64,000 nt of DNA from Caecitellus pseudoparvulus (GCA_965644315.1 CBFFRQ010000056.1:310001-374000), one strand, 5' to 3'. Counted from the first letter of the stretch, positions 23,501 through 33,710 are shown. The notes: generated by a model from the letters alone, not told the origin. Numbers and translations are program-made.

Positions 23501-26500
23501 TCCAATACTTCAGCAATGCCTTGCAGAGCCACCTGTTGTGAAAGCCCGGGAGCGCTGACTGTGGGGGCATCAACAAGTGAAAACTCATGCACAGCACCAT
23601 GAGATAGCAAGTGCAAGAAAGCTGCGAACCCTTCCTGGTCCGCTTGCAGGTTCAGGTTTCTGAGGCTGAGACAATGCAAACCAGTCAAGCCTGAGGCAAT
23701 GCTCCCATTCGTTCGCGGAGAGGGAATAGGCTGACTCAGCGCTTGACATAAGCGCCTTGCAAACTCAGCCACTTCCGGGGTCGCGGAAGCACACCCTTGC
23801 GCACCCGTGCTCACGTTGGCAAGCTGGAGCACCTGCAAAAACACTGTCCGCACTGCTGCAGCGGCTCTTTCCCATGACCCTTCCAGAAGTCTGCAAATCG
23901 CGCTTGATGGCTGAGCTCCACCTGCGATGCCGTCCAGGCAAAGAGCACCGCAGAAGGGTGATAGGCAAAGGGCGACAACCTGCGGCAAGGCATGCATCGA
24001 TTCTTCAAAGGACCTGGAATGGGAGAGCACTGGGAGGCCGGGGGTGGGCTCAGTGAAGTCCGTTCCGGTGCGAGGCCGACCTGCTGGGGCCATGTCTGAG
24101 GCCGGGTCTGTGTGAGATGATGCTGGTGGCAACCTCACGCGCGGGGGCACCCCGGCATGGTAAGCTGGGTCAACAAGAGTCACTGCCACAAAGCACTGCC
24201 GCAAAAAGCGTTCTTCGAACAGCCTTGGGGCCAGCACATTTTGCACGAAACCCGGCTCTGCGACGAACCTCCTGGGGTTCTCCAACAAGAAGCCTTGAAA
24301 ACATGAGGTCTGGTCCAGGAGAGCCTGCCACACTCGCACACGTTCGTACACATCAACGGCATGGAAATCCCATGTGTGCTGTGATCCCCGCATCGGCCTC
24401 GCGGGAAAACGACATGCAGCCAGAACAACGTGGCAGTCAAAGGAGGTCGCCGGCAGTGGGAGCACAAGCAAGGGTGCTGCCGCGCCCACTGAGGCGGGAA
24501 CTCTAGGGAAGAGCATCCGTTGAACCAGCCGGCTTGGACACAGGCGTCGGAGGAAGAACATGAGAGTTGCAGACCAGAACCCTTGGCATAGAACAGATGC
24601 TAGCTCGGCGTCAACCAAGCTTGGCTGGTGGCCTTTCAGAGCCTCTGCGTCTTGCCATGTAGGTGGGTCAGGAATCCTGCTTGACCCCCGAACAGTGGAA
24701 GGCGGCCCTGCACAGGTTTCATCGACAGTGGAGCCAGTACCCAACAGTTGGGTTGCTCGAATGAAAACTTCACGTGCGGTTTTCACGATCTCCAGGCTTG
24801 TCACTGGCGGTTGACCCCCAGCAAGAGGGCGCCGCAACGGGCTTCCTGTGATGAAACGACGAAGTCCCTGCACCTCGGAGTGCGCAGGGCAGGATTCAGA
24901 CTGATCAAAACCTGACACATTGTGGTGCAGCAGGGATACAGCAAGAGCCAAGTGCGCCGCCCACTCTTGCCCAGCTTGACTCTCCAGCTCTTCTGGCCCC
25001 CCGCACACTCTCAGCAGGTCTTGCAGGTTTGCTGGGGAGTCAGCCAGGAGAACTTCGGCTGTGGCACGGTCAGAAAACAAGGCATGCATAGGCACATCAG
25101 AGAAGTGGGGGCAAGCCCCGAGTACTTCTTCTGCAGCCCCAGCCAAGCATTGCTCCCAGGCCTCCTTCCACTCCACGCTGATCCCAGGAGCGTGGTCTCC
25201 AAGGAGGTACTGCCCATGAAATCCGGTGTCCTCGCATGTAAACCAATGCTCAAGAAGCGAGTTCAAGGCTTGAACGCCGGAGAAACTGCCAGCTGAGGAC
25301 GCCAGTGCCAGATGGGCAGCCCCAACAGCCACCTCTGGTGTGGACTGCCAAGAAAAAGAATGACCTTCTGAGAGAGCAACAGACAGAGCAACCTGCTCAA
25401 GTAAAGAAAGGGGAAAGCCAGAAGGGTCTTCCTGCTGTGGCAATGCGCTGCCCCGCGTTGCATCGAAGAACTGGGCCAGGGCGAGGAATGGCGTTGGTCT
25501 TGCTTGAGGTGGCTGGGCGGCAAAGTCCCTGGGCGCGAAAACTCCGGGAGCATTGTTCATGGCAGATGCAGCGAAAATTGGCTGAATCCAAGGAGCAGCC
25601 ACGCTTGGGAGCACGGCACCGGCAGCCCACTTGTGAAAAGCTTGCGCGACTCCAGCCACTGCAACGCTAGGGATGATTGGGGACACCCTTGCCCTTCCGG
25701 GCATGAACGTGCGGAATAAAGTCCCGAAGACAGCTGCTTCGATGCACTCCATAAGAGCTTGCGCAAACGTTGTAAATAAGGACTGATCATGCGTGGCTTC
25801 TGTTTCGGTCACAGCCCGGGCACCGGGCGCATCCTCAGCCATCCAACGCGAGAGGTGAGGGAGTAAGCACCGACACAGCATCATGTTTATGCACATGGTA
25901 GACCTGTCCATGGTGCGCTTTGATTGTTGCAGTTGGGACCTCACCACTCGCAGCACTCTTTCTGGTTGCAGCGCCTCGAGTTCCCCGTTTGAGGCAAAGC
26001 AAGAATGAGGGACCCAGACTCCGGCATATCCGAGCAAGCCGACAAGGGCTTGTTGTCGGATTGGTTCGTGTTTTGAATCCAAGAGGGCCAGAAAAAGTGG
26101 CACGAGACCAATTTGGTAAACAGTGGCAAGGGATTCAGGGCTGGGCACAGTCACCTGAGGAAGCCCTTCCCCTTCATGGACCAGGCCGCTGCTGAGGAAA
26201 GGCACCCCGTTCGAGACTAACCAACGCTGCAGAAGGACAGCAAGCTCCGGTGGTGGCTCAAATGTCAATTCTGGCGCCTCATGAAGCAGGTCCTTTAAAG
26301 ACCGGGCAGGCAGGGCAAGAAACGAGCCAGAAGGTGGTCGCAGAGCTTTGAGAGCGGCAGAAATGCTTCTGGCCACTGGAAGCATGTGGCCGCGGTGCAA
26401 CAAGCTGGCAAACCCTGGCTGGCTACTCGGCGCCGCCCCTCCAGGACCGTCGAGGACACCGAGCTCCCTCGGCAATCGCCAAGACCACTCGGCTGGCATC

Positions 26501-29500
26501 GTACCGAGGCAAAGAGAGTGAAAGCGCGCATTTTGCACACTCTGGGCAAGGGCAGTTGTTGCGAAGCGAGCGACTTCAATGTTTGGGCAGCATGAAAGCC
26601 GAATTGCAGTGGTGAGCCACGCTGCAGAGGGGAATGGGCTGCCAGCATTGGGTGGAATGGGGATCAATGCAGCCCGCAACTGAAGAGCTGCACACTCCCT
26701 GTGCATGCGCATTTCAGCAGCAAGACAAGACGCTATATGAAGTTGGGACTCAAGCAAAGCTGCTTCCGAAAGGCCAAAAGCCCACTCATGGTATGACAGT
26801 CGATATGCGTCACCTCTGCTGGCTGACATAGCCAGTGACCGAAAAGATGAAGCAGGCTGCTGCAGCTTGTGGGGAGTGCGCTCATCGTCTTCCATGTCAG
26901 AGCTGCTCATTCCCGATGCCCCAGATGCGTCTGAGGCGTCCGTTGAGTCTGCATGCATGTGCATGGAGTCCAAAACGACCCCGTGAGCGACGACCAGAGG
27001 ACCGCTGCTTGGAGTGTACGGCTGTGCAGCAGCCACTGGCACGAAGCTGTCCCATTCAAAGAGACCACCTTGCTTCAATGCCTGGATGGGGGAAAGCTGT
27101 GTGCATAGTCTAGGGGACGACAAAAGGCAATGGAAGGCCACAGGCGTGTCAGATGCGGCGTGGGCCCGCAGAAAGCTGCGCACACTGCTAGCTGGAAAAA
27201 CCGCTGCGCCGAAGGGGCTGAAGAAGACTCCCTTGACATCTATTCGACCCGAAGGATGGCGCGTGGTCAAGTACCTGAGCACCACGTCCTGCAGCTGCGG
27301 AGTGGCCAGCTCGCACACTTGGACTTGATCTCCGGCTGGCATGTCACCTGCCACGGAATCCAGTACAGTTTGCAGAGCGGAGTCTCTTGCCTGTCCAGCA
27401 TCAGAGCCATGACCACCAAGGCGATCTTTGTCAGCAAAAGGCTGAATCAAGAACCCACGTTGGCACTGCAGGACTGCGCTGCCTGTCGCGCTGGCGCCTG
27501 AGCACCACAGCGCATGCGCAGGGAACCTGCGGCAGACAATTGCCGCCGCAGACCATGCTGGCAGGAAGACATGAGGTGACAAATGGCCCAGGCAGCATTC
27601 GAGGGCCGCAGCACTACTCAAAAGCCACTGCGTGTGGGGCGAACTCCCGTCACGCCCGGTGCGCAAGTGCTGCAGAAGAGCGGCCAGGATCCGGACGCTT
27701 GGCAAAAAGGAATCATCCTGCAGACTGTCAGAACACAGTTTTATCCAGCTGCGGGCGAAAAATGAAGAGTCAAATATGCACACCTTGGACTGCGGCTGTA
27801 CAGCCTCTTGAAGCGCGACTCGCTCAGACAGATAGGCGGAGTGGTGGCGACCAGCAAGCACTTCCAACACGCGTGCCGCATCGCTGGAGGCCATGCAATC
27901 GTGCCACTTCCGTGATATGCAGTCTTTGAGCAGGCCAGCCAGTCTGATAGCGGTGTCTTGCCTTCCTTGGAGCAGGTGCAGGATCGTGGGAGCAGCCGTT
28001 CTTGAGCGGAGCGCATTCTCAACTGTGCCAAGTAGGAAGGGGACAGCAGCGGACGAGTTGGCAGAGTAGGGGTTCCCTAGCCACATGTGAGGAATGAGAA
28101 CCCCACCGGGAGCAACTCCGCCCATGCAGGATCGCAGGACTCTCTGTAGCCTCCACCACCAAAACCCAGCACAGTTTTCTGAATCTGTGCTCGTCTCCGC
28201 TTCGAAAAACCATGATGGAATGCCACTTTCCGGCACTCCAACGGAATCTTGTGACGAGATTGCAGGGTTTGACACTTGCAGTGCGCTCCGCACAACGATC
28301 CGCTCAACATCCTGTGCGGGGATCGCGTCAGTATCGGACAACCCACGAACCATGGCCGACTGCACAGCACAGCGAAGGAACCTGTGCGACGTTGGGACCA
28401 CCGTGTCTCGAAACCCAAGGTCCCGTAAGTGGCTTTCATCGGCCACATAAACGGCTGGGCTGAGGGCACAGCCGCCGCCAGTGCTGTCCACTTCGAGCTG
28501 GGCCAGGCACCAACTCACCCGAAGCATGGTCACATGCTCAAGCAAGGCCGGGAGCAAGTCAGAGCTGAGGAGAATGCTGATCAACTGATTCCAGAGAGCT
28601 AGGGGATCCGAAGATGATTGGCTGCCGGCATCGTAACTTTTCGAGGGGTGCAATGTCCACTTCCACAACAGCCGTGTGACCTCCACCACCATGTCTTGCG
28701 ACAGGCATGCCAGACGCGTCACCCTGACTGCAGTGTGGATGATGTCGCCATCGAGCAGCAGCGAATGGGAGGCTGGTGATGCTGCAGCGTCTGCAAGAGC
28801 CCCAAGTGCAGAAGTCAGCGCTCTCTGCCGCGCAACAGCCCCAAGCAGGCTTGACGCTGTTCCCAACCGAGCTGGCGAGGGGTGTGCGGCGGGCCCGAGC
28901 AAGCTGTCCCCAGCATGGCTCTCAGTTTGGTCCAAGCAATCCACAAGGTCTTGTCCAACAGCGCACAAGGCAGGCACAGCTGAGTCAATGAAGCGCGCAA
29001 AGTACGACGAGTGGCGTGAAGACACGGCTGCGGCGGCTTCGGGCCCCGCCGGGACTTCTCGCGCGGCACCGCCCCTCACTCGGTGGCGACTCAGGGCAAT
29101 GTCCATCAGGGACTGAAACCCCCGCAGCACTACAAGCAGTCCATCTGCATCCAGAGGTGTGTTTTCTCTTGGCTGAAAACCAAAGAGATCAGCTGCAACG
29201 GAGACCACCTGAAGGCCGGCCTGAGTGGTGGGCGGTGGCCAGCAATGGTTGGTGGGGATCCGCTGCACCCCACAGGCCAGAAGAGCAAGGACGAGACACC
29301 AAGAAATCAACTGCAAGTCTCGATCCATGAGGTGCTTCGAAAGTAAGCGCACGTCACCCTTTAGGACCAGAGTGGCAGCTGCGACGCCGGACAGGACGGA
29401 GAGATCCACGGCCGCGTGATGGCCGGAGCGAAGATGGGTACGGACGATCATCAAAAGGGAGGAGAGAAGACCACACTCCAGGAAGTCATTGCACACTGAG

Positions 29501-30360
29501 GGAGTCAGCGAGGCAAGCAATGCGTGCCAGCCAATAGCTTGCTGGTGAGGGGGAAGGTCCGGGTGAACGTGGTCGAGTGCAGCTTCACTGATTCCGAGCT
29601 CAGCAAGCTGGGTGAATACGTCCACCGAAGGCTGAGCATCCACGTGTCCTGAAGCAGTTTCGAAGTCCGCTGCTGCCTGGGTTTTGGGGAGAGCAGGCAA
29701 CACGCCGGCCTTCAGCGGGGGCCTGGCGAACTGAGTGGGCTCCCCCAGAAAGCTGAAGGGCGCCTTGTCACCAACGCTTCCTCCGGGTCGCTCTACTAGG
29801 CTGAAGCGTTGCTCAGGGCTGCCAAAGCTTGCTGCTGCGTCCGTCTCCCATAGGTCGAGCTGCTGCGAGTCACCCCCAATCGTCGAGTGAACGTCGCCAC
29901 TCCACTGCACGAGGTGGTCCATGGAAGCCGCTGTGGGACTGGAACCTGCAGGAACCGGCGATTCAGGTCTGCTGGACTCATGCCCACTCCCACTTAGAGT
30001 GCCTGGTGACCCCGATGCAGCTGTCTGTGATTGGGACGAGTCCCGTGCACGCAGCTGGTCGGAGAGGCGCTGCAGAAGCTCCATCTCTGCGCTACCCCAA
30101 GCTTCAGAAGCCCTCTGAGTCAATCCATCAATCTTATCAAGCACTGCTTGTGTTTCCATGCACCCCACCTGGGGTGCTTGACTTGCAGCCTGTCGTGGAC
30201 TGCCTCCCACAACGCCAGACTGCGCCTCTCTCAGGGTTGCGCAAACACCTAGAAGACGCTCCTGCAACGCTCCAGGGGAAACGGAACAACTTGCATCTGC
30301 TAGCCACGTGGCTAGCTCATCGATCTGGTCAGCTGCCGCCGTTCTGGAAGCACCAGACAT
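20476..30360 (-). CDS. Giant (3294 aa) multidomain protein: helical N-terminal region, RI-type LRRs, CHAT (caspase/HetF-like) domain and C-terminal STAND/NB-ARC-like P-loop NTPase
   Basis: Single uninterrupted ORF. LRRs: LTRLDLSGCMLGD, LQCLDLSRNAVG, LSVLDLAANGI, LLEMDLSNNLL. CHAT: VLHLCCHA...LVYLAACSS...D.ASLRFSTAFYAALASG. Walker A GEAGVGKS, Walker B ALIVLDD, FLCTSR, GGHP. Confidence 0.85.
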   Translation of the reverse strand: MSGASRTAAADQIDELATWLADASCSVSPGALQERLLGVCATLREAQSGVVGGSPRQAASQAPQVGCMETQAVLDKIDGLTQRASEAWGSAEMELLQRLSDQLRARDSSQSQTAASGSPGTLSGSGHESSRPESPVPAGSSPTAASMDHLVQWSGDVHSTIGGDSQQLDLWETDAAASFGSPEQRFSLVERPGGSVGDKAPFSFLGEPTQFARPPLKAGVLPALPKTQAAADFETASGHVDAQPSVDVFTQLAELGISEAALDHVHPDLPPHQQAIGWHALLASLTPSVCNDFLECGLLSSLLMIVRTHLRSGHHAAVDLSVLSGVAAATLVLKGDVRLLSKHLMDRDLQLISWCLVLALLACGVQRIPTNHCWPPPTTQAGLQVVSVAADLFGFQPRENTPLDADGLLVVLRGFQSLMDIALSRHRVRGGAAREVPAGPEAAAAVSSRHSSYFARFIDSAVPALCAVGQDLVDCLDQTESHAGDSLLGPAAHPSPARLGTASSLLGAVARQRALTSALGALADAAASPASHSLLLDGDIIHTAVRVTRLACLSQDMVVEVTRLLWKWTLHPSKSYDAGSQSSSDPLALWNQLISILLSSDLLPALLEHVTMLRVSWCLAQLEVDSTGGGCALSPAVYVADESHLRDLGFRDTVVPTSHRFLRCAVQSAMVRGLSDTDAIPAQDVERIVVRSALQVSNPAISSQDSVGVPESGIPSWFFEAETSTDSENCAGFWWWRLQRVLRSCMGGVAPGGVLIPHMWLGNPYSANSSAAVPFLLGTVENALRSRTAAPTILHLLQGRQDTAIRLAGLLKDCISRKWHDCMASSDAARVLEVLAGRHHSAYLSERVALQEAVQPQSKVCIFDSSFFARSWIKLCSDSLQDDSFLPSVRILAALLQHLRTGRDGSSPHTQWLLSSAAALECCLGHLSPHVFLPAWSAAAIVCRRFPAHALWCSGASATGSAVLQCQRGFLIQPFADKDRLGGHGSDAGQARDSALQTVLDSVAGDMPAGDQVQVCELATPQLQDVVLRYLTTRHPSGRIDVKGVFFSPFGAAVFPASSVRSFLRAHAASDTPVAFHCLLSSPRLCTQLSPIQALKQGGLFEWDSFVPVAAAQPYTPSSGPLVVAHGVVLDSMHMHADSTDASDASGASGMSSSDMEDDERTPHKLQQPASSFRSLAMSASRGDAYRLSYHEWAFGLSEAALLESQLHIASCLAAEMRMHRECAALQLRAALIPIPPNAGSPFPSAAWLTTAIRLSCCPNIEVARFATTALAQSVQNARFHSLCLGTMPAEWSWRLPRELGVLDGPGGAAPSSQPGFASLLHRGHMLPVARSISAALKALRPPSGSFLALPARSLKDLLHEAPELTFEPPPELAVLLQRWLVSNGVPFLSSGLVHEGEGLPQVTVPSPESLATVYQIGLVPLFLALLDSKHEPIRQQALVGLLGYAGVWVPHSCFASNGELEALQPERVLRVVRSQLQQSKRTMDRSTMCINMMLCRCLLPHLSRWMAEDAPGARAVTETEATHDQSLFTTFAQALMECIEAAVFGTLFRTFMPGRARVSPIIPSVAVAGVAQAFHKWAAGAVLPSVAAPWIQPIFAASAMNNAPGVFAPRDFAAQPPQARPTPFLALAQFFDATRGSALPQQEDPSGFPLSLLEQVALSVALSEGHSFSWQSTPEVAVGAAHLALASSAGSFSGVQALNSLLEHWFTCEDTGFHGQYLLGDHAPGISVEWKEAWEQCLAGAAEEVLGACPHFSDVPMHALFSDRATAEVLLADSPANLQDLLRVCGGPEELESQAGQEWAAHLALAVSLLHHNVSGFDQSESCPAHSEVQGLRRFITGSPLRRPLAGGQPPVTSLEIVKTAREVFIRATQLLGTGSTVDETCAGPPSTVRGSSRIPDPPTWQDAEALKGHQPSLVDAELASVLCQGFWSATLMFFLRRLCPSRLVQRMLFPRVPASVGAAAPLLVLPLPATSFDCHVVLAACRFPARPMRGSQHTWDFHAVDVYERVRVWQALLDQTSCFQGFLLENPRRFVAEPGFVQNVLAPRLFEERFLRQCFVAVTLVDPAYHAGVPPRVRLPPASSHTDPASDMAPAGRPRTGTDFTEPTPGLPVLSHSRSFEESMHALPQVVALCLSPFCGALCLDGIAGGAQPSSAICRLLEGSWERAAAAVRTVFLQVLQLANVSTGAQGCASATPEVAEFARRLCQALSQPIPSPRTNGSIASGLTGLHCLSLRNLNLQADQEGFAAFLHLLSHGAVHEFSLVDAPTVSAPGLSQQVALQGIAEVLDTLDRLASASCDGTAAARLGALDSFTEVELASPAGMHTRRRVRFLENVTSGCDICIHNQVNAASEGLPSSLNCLTVSLALTRLDLSGCMLGDTGCAAILKAVAASGRLQCLDLSRNAVGAGLLTLRELTCSTGLLGMTTFKALHMALNSLEDAFIVGLCDFLSSSCLQVLKPAAAAWRAHTSAQALSGLPQLSVLDLAANGIASWSASRALLEVIRTNPKLLEMDLSNNLLPAGFLPALQSALHASPGTLWFCHVAGNSSLHMMELPGVLSILAGNRQRHQAAASDAASSKATDLADPTRLLAAQTPTAVLRTKPGPSACAVPRETQESVGFSSSATIGVPEPTSPALQAAAGALPPATIKNPLSAVDVHTHLVDAHHVIIGLFASPLVLKPSSRHVIELAQLGISAERAAVHAGLSKAARLIRFKAHFMTMETLQHALHSGATVLHLCCHADASRMALENAQGEAHMVGKSDLDKLLLPLKGSHDTSAHRPSLVYLAACSSEWIGDALAGAGIQHVVCIQNGKKVSDEASLRFSTAFYAALASGWPVAASFEAGRQSVRLNMKSAGEAEASLFMLLPHEDQAPSGCHHSCLFKDTPKLSLGASWAVLSRQWSLREQQQQCLLPEPVQYLAGGLSDLGEPTFSKLTEALPALPRAFGGRNTSTQAVLSLLAQSRLVSVVGEAGVGKSALAAAVAHACALRQVFHDGVFFVPLAGAVTKSIARARLAQHMIDASASISDGTELRGGLTGASIEWTTNPSIVQLHSAAHERRRRRKRRRQRLSPRATSPGPRGAGPSPPPRPSERRQSVPAAREEQPGTKWMSSRSIHRMIKGIFRSARALIVLDDAHDAPPAWLERCLVDILTACHGVHFLCTSRAPVLQAWFSREAAEVQLSTDDGKMPHTKDKAMAEGETLYSLGGLPPQAAGRLLGKRLGAKLVKHHGISFEHAQRMAAAVGGHPGRILQLAEDMIKRDSDRDAVTPTAAAAPPPPQPSPTRPLLAQPECQKPEGE

Positions 30361-30735
30361 GGCAGGGAAAAATCAATTTCCGCACGCTCAGCCCTGCAGC
30401 GCGTCAAGCCCTTCTCGCCCTCAGCGCGACGGCGGGGAGACTAGAAAGCAAAGCAACTGTTGTTGAAAGACTAAGTCCCACTCTCACCTCACGGTGTTCC
30501 ACAGGAGTCAGAATTTCCACCGAAGTGCATCCACACAGGGCCAATGGAGACGTGCAGGCCGTGCCTGAGAGCAAGTCCTGTGGAGGAAAAGCACCCGCAG
30601 CTTGAACACCCACTTCGCAGCGTGCTCCATTTTCCAGCTGTTTCGATTTTTCCATCGGGCGTTCTTTCGATGCGTGTCTGCGTTTGGCTGCACTCCCGCT
30701 CCCAAGCTGCGAAGGCTTGCCTCTCTGTCATCGGC

Positions 30736-31638
30736 ATGCAGTCGCACCTTGCGCGAGTCATTCAAACGACGGCATCTTCACTGCAGCGAGCCCGTCTTGG
30801 AAACAAGTCTAAGTGCTTGGCACCACTGTGTTCACCCTTCGCCATTCGAGGCATGGCAAGCGACGCCGCTGCAGGGTGCGCCCCTTGCGTCAGGTGCGGA
30901 ATATCGGCCATCTTCACAGCCCCGCACACTCCCCCGCAGGGAGCGGCGCTTCAAAGTGTACACAAAGACAGGGGACAAGGGAACATCATCTTTGTACAAT
31001 GGAACCCGTGCCTCAAAGACTGACGCCGTTTTCGCCGCATTGGGAGACACAGACGAGCTGAATGCTGCCATCGGTCTGGCTCGCGAGCACTGTGCCGAGC
31101 TGTCTGACGTGGGCAGCCTGGTCGACCAGCTGGTCGTCATCCAGAGCAGGCTCCTGGACGCCGGATCGGCCATCGCGACCCCCACGAGCAGTTCCAGTGA
31201 AGCTCAGCTGGAGAGGGTCACCTTCGACGAGGCTCACGTGGAGGTGCTGGAGGAGTGGATTGATGAGATGGACGAAACCCTGCCACCTCTCAAGAACTTC
31301 ATCCTGCCAGTGCGTAGCCATCCTGAACGCAGCACCTTACATCCCCTCACACCAAACAACCCTCCTGCGCGCAGTCTGGCGGTCTGGCAGCAGCACACCT
31401 CCACGTGGCGAGGGTGACCTGCCGCAGGGCAGAACGCAGCATCGTTCAGCTGGTGCAGAGCGGCGACGCGCCGGCAGTGGTGCAGCGCTTCCTGAACCGG
31501 CTGAGCGACTACTTCTTCGTGGCAGCGCGCTTTGCTGCTGCCAAGAGCGGCCACGCCGAGCAAGTGTACAAGAAAGGCGTCGGCCTCACAGGCAGCTCAG
31601 CAGAGGCCCGGGCGGCTGTGCGGGCAGCCAAGGCATGA
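30736..31638 (+). CDS. MMAB: Cob(I)alamin adenosyltransferase (PduO type), mitochondrial; exons 30736-30875, 30940-31309, 31375-31638
   Basis: KVYTKTGDKGTS, GDTDELNAAIG, LPPLKNFILP|SGG, ARVTCRRAER, FLNRLSDYFFVAAR. Arg-rich presequence. 258 codons, in frame. Confidence 0.93.
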
Positions 31639-31668
31639 CCCGCCCACCCGCGAACAATGCAGAGAGCA

Positions 31669-32875
31669 CTACGCATCTAGGACAGCAGCGCGGATGCGGC
31701 CACCCTCCTTGATGCCGAGGGACACGACTGGGCCGCTTGTAGACTGCGCCTGTTGGAGCAGGCCTTGTGCCAGGGCATCGGAGACGTGCCAGGTGCAGGA
31801 CAGGGGTGTGTCCTTCAGCACGCCCCCCTTCTGAGCTTCCAGCGTGCTCCGGAGGACTTCTGCATATCGAGTTTTCTGTGCAGCGGGGGCGCGGGGGTAG
31901 GGGCGTGCCGTGGCGTGTGGCAAAGGGCATGATTCTATGGCGGGGACTCACCCGCACCGCAGCAACGACTGCCTTGCGACCGTTCGTGACTGCCCGTATG
32001 AACGGCCCGCAGCCTGGCAGACTCCACCAAAACTCATCCAAGCTGCCTGTCGCAGTGCTCAGCAGCCAGCCGCTGCGGAGCAAGTGCCTCGCCATACTCC
32101 GTGCCGGTTGGTCCGTGAGCGTGGGATACAGCTTGCTCCACACTTCACACCACGAGTGGGGCAGGCCCAGCACAGCGGGGAGGGCGTCGCACGTGGCTTC
32201 CCGTGCCACGACACGCAAGTGAAGTGCAGCCTTTAGGAGGGTTTTCTTGTTCACTTGAATGTCACTCGAGCAGGGCCCATGAGCCCACCACACCGCGACA
32301 GCCAGCAGGCACTTTGCTGCAGCTACCTCGCCCTCCCTCTCCAAGCGTGCTGCCTCCGCCGCCATGAAATCCTGCAGTGGGCCCATGGCGACAATGAGAC
32401 GCTCTGAGTGGGCCAGAGGGCATGGGAAGCAGCGGATCCAGCGCTGGCGCCCCAGTTGAAGCATGTGTTGCTCCACATCTGCTTGGCGTTGCTGCTGCAG
32501 CTGGTGCCTCAAGTGAGACAGCAGCGCCAACGGCACGGGTGCTAGATTCAAAAATCGATGATCAGAGGAGCCGGGAGTTGTGGAAAGGGGTGTGCGTTTG
32601 GCCGGCTGCTTCACCACAACGGTACGTTGAAAGGCGTCGAGGAGCGCGCTGAGCGAGGTCCAGGTGTCCTCCTGGGTCCATTCTGTTGTCCCGCCCACGC
32701 CTCCTCCGCTGCCAGAACACCCGGCTGCAGCAGCTGCTGGGGTGGAACTTGCAGCAATGGCACCTTCTGTGTGGTCCAGTGGGCCGGCGCCGTCGCCCCT
32801 GGCGCTTCCAGCGCGCTTCCGCTTCGGGCCGGCGGCCACCAGCAGCGAGTGAATGCGCTGTCGAGCCCGCTTCAT
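31669..32875 (-). CDS. STK19: STK19-family winged-helix protein (transcription-coupled repair factor); exons 32875-31952, 31875-31669
   Basis: LLRSGWL...FWWSLPGCGPFIRAVTNGRKAVVAAVR|KTRYAEVL...WHVSDALAQGLL..AQSTSGPVV matches the STK19 C-terminal pattern. GTGAGT...CACAG intron. Confidence 0.8.
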
Positions 32876-33071
32876 CTCCGCAAACGCAAGCTGCACGCCA
32901 GCACAAAACCCACTGACTATAAATTTGTGGACTATTCCTGCTTTCTCACGTGACGAGTCAGGCAACCCTGCAGGCGACTGAGGCCGCGGGCAACAAGTGA
33001 CCGCTGCGAGTGCAAATGCTCACGCAAGCGCAGCTGTTTCCCTGAGACCCGACTGCCACGTGTATGGCGCC

Positions 33072-33454
33072 ATGGCATCAAGGCAGAGATTTTCAGGCCT
33101 TCAGAAGGATGTTTTGAGTTTATACAGGAGTTGCTTGCGGGCAGCCCTGTCCAGGGGGGACCCCCAGGCCCAAGCCAATGGGGTGGCGCACGTTTCGCGG
33201 GAGTTTCGCAAACACGTACGTCTTTGCGATTGCTCAGGCCACCTCGAGTTCTATGGCACCAGAAGTACGGCTAGAACTCCCCTGCACAGGCAAGTCAGGT
33301 GAAGCGTAGCGATATCATGCGCATTGAGTACCTTTTGCGCAAAGGAAAGCGACAACTCGAGAGCTTTGAGGCCACAGCCAGCGGCTTCGGCGAAACACGC
33401 GAGGCTTCCGTTCCATCGCACGCGCAAGACTACTTCCACCAGAAGCCAAGGTAG
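33072..33454 (+). CDS. SDHAF1: Succinate dehydrogenase assembly factor 1 (LYR protein, SDH6); exons 33072-33215, 33290-33454
   Basis: SGLQKDVLSLYRSCLRAA...REFRKH|ASQVKRSDIMRIEYLLRKGKRQLE. Confidence 0.88.
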
Positions 33455-33710
33455 TCTACGCACCGACGGGGCACGTATCCTGAGCAGACCGAAACAGCTC
33501 CAACCGTGCTGGGGGAGGGGCAGGCTCGCACGCAAGCCGACGCAAGTTGCCCGCTGCACACAAATATGAGGGCCCAGCCATCACCGCCCCGTTTCAATGC
33601 ATGTTTCTCCCTGCTGATTGCAGCCCTGTTAGCTTCGCAGCGCCCCTGCCTGTGAACCTGGCAAAACAAGGGTTGGGTGGGAGAGTTGCAATTTCCGCAG
33701 GCCAGGCGCC

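Noticed and set aside
31586-31668. Apparent CDS overlap between MMAB and the 459-aa ORF
   Set aside because: The STK19 intron shifts frame; the real stop is at 31669, so there is no overlap.
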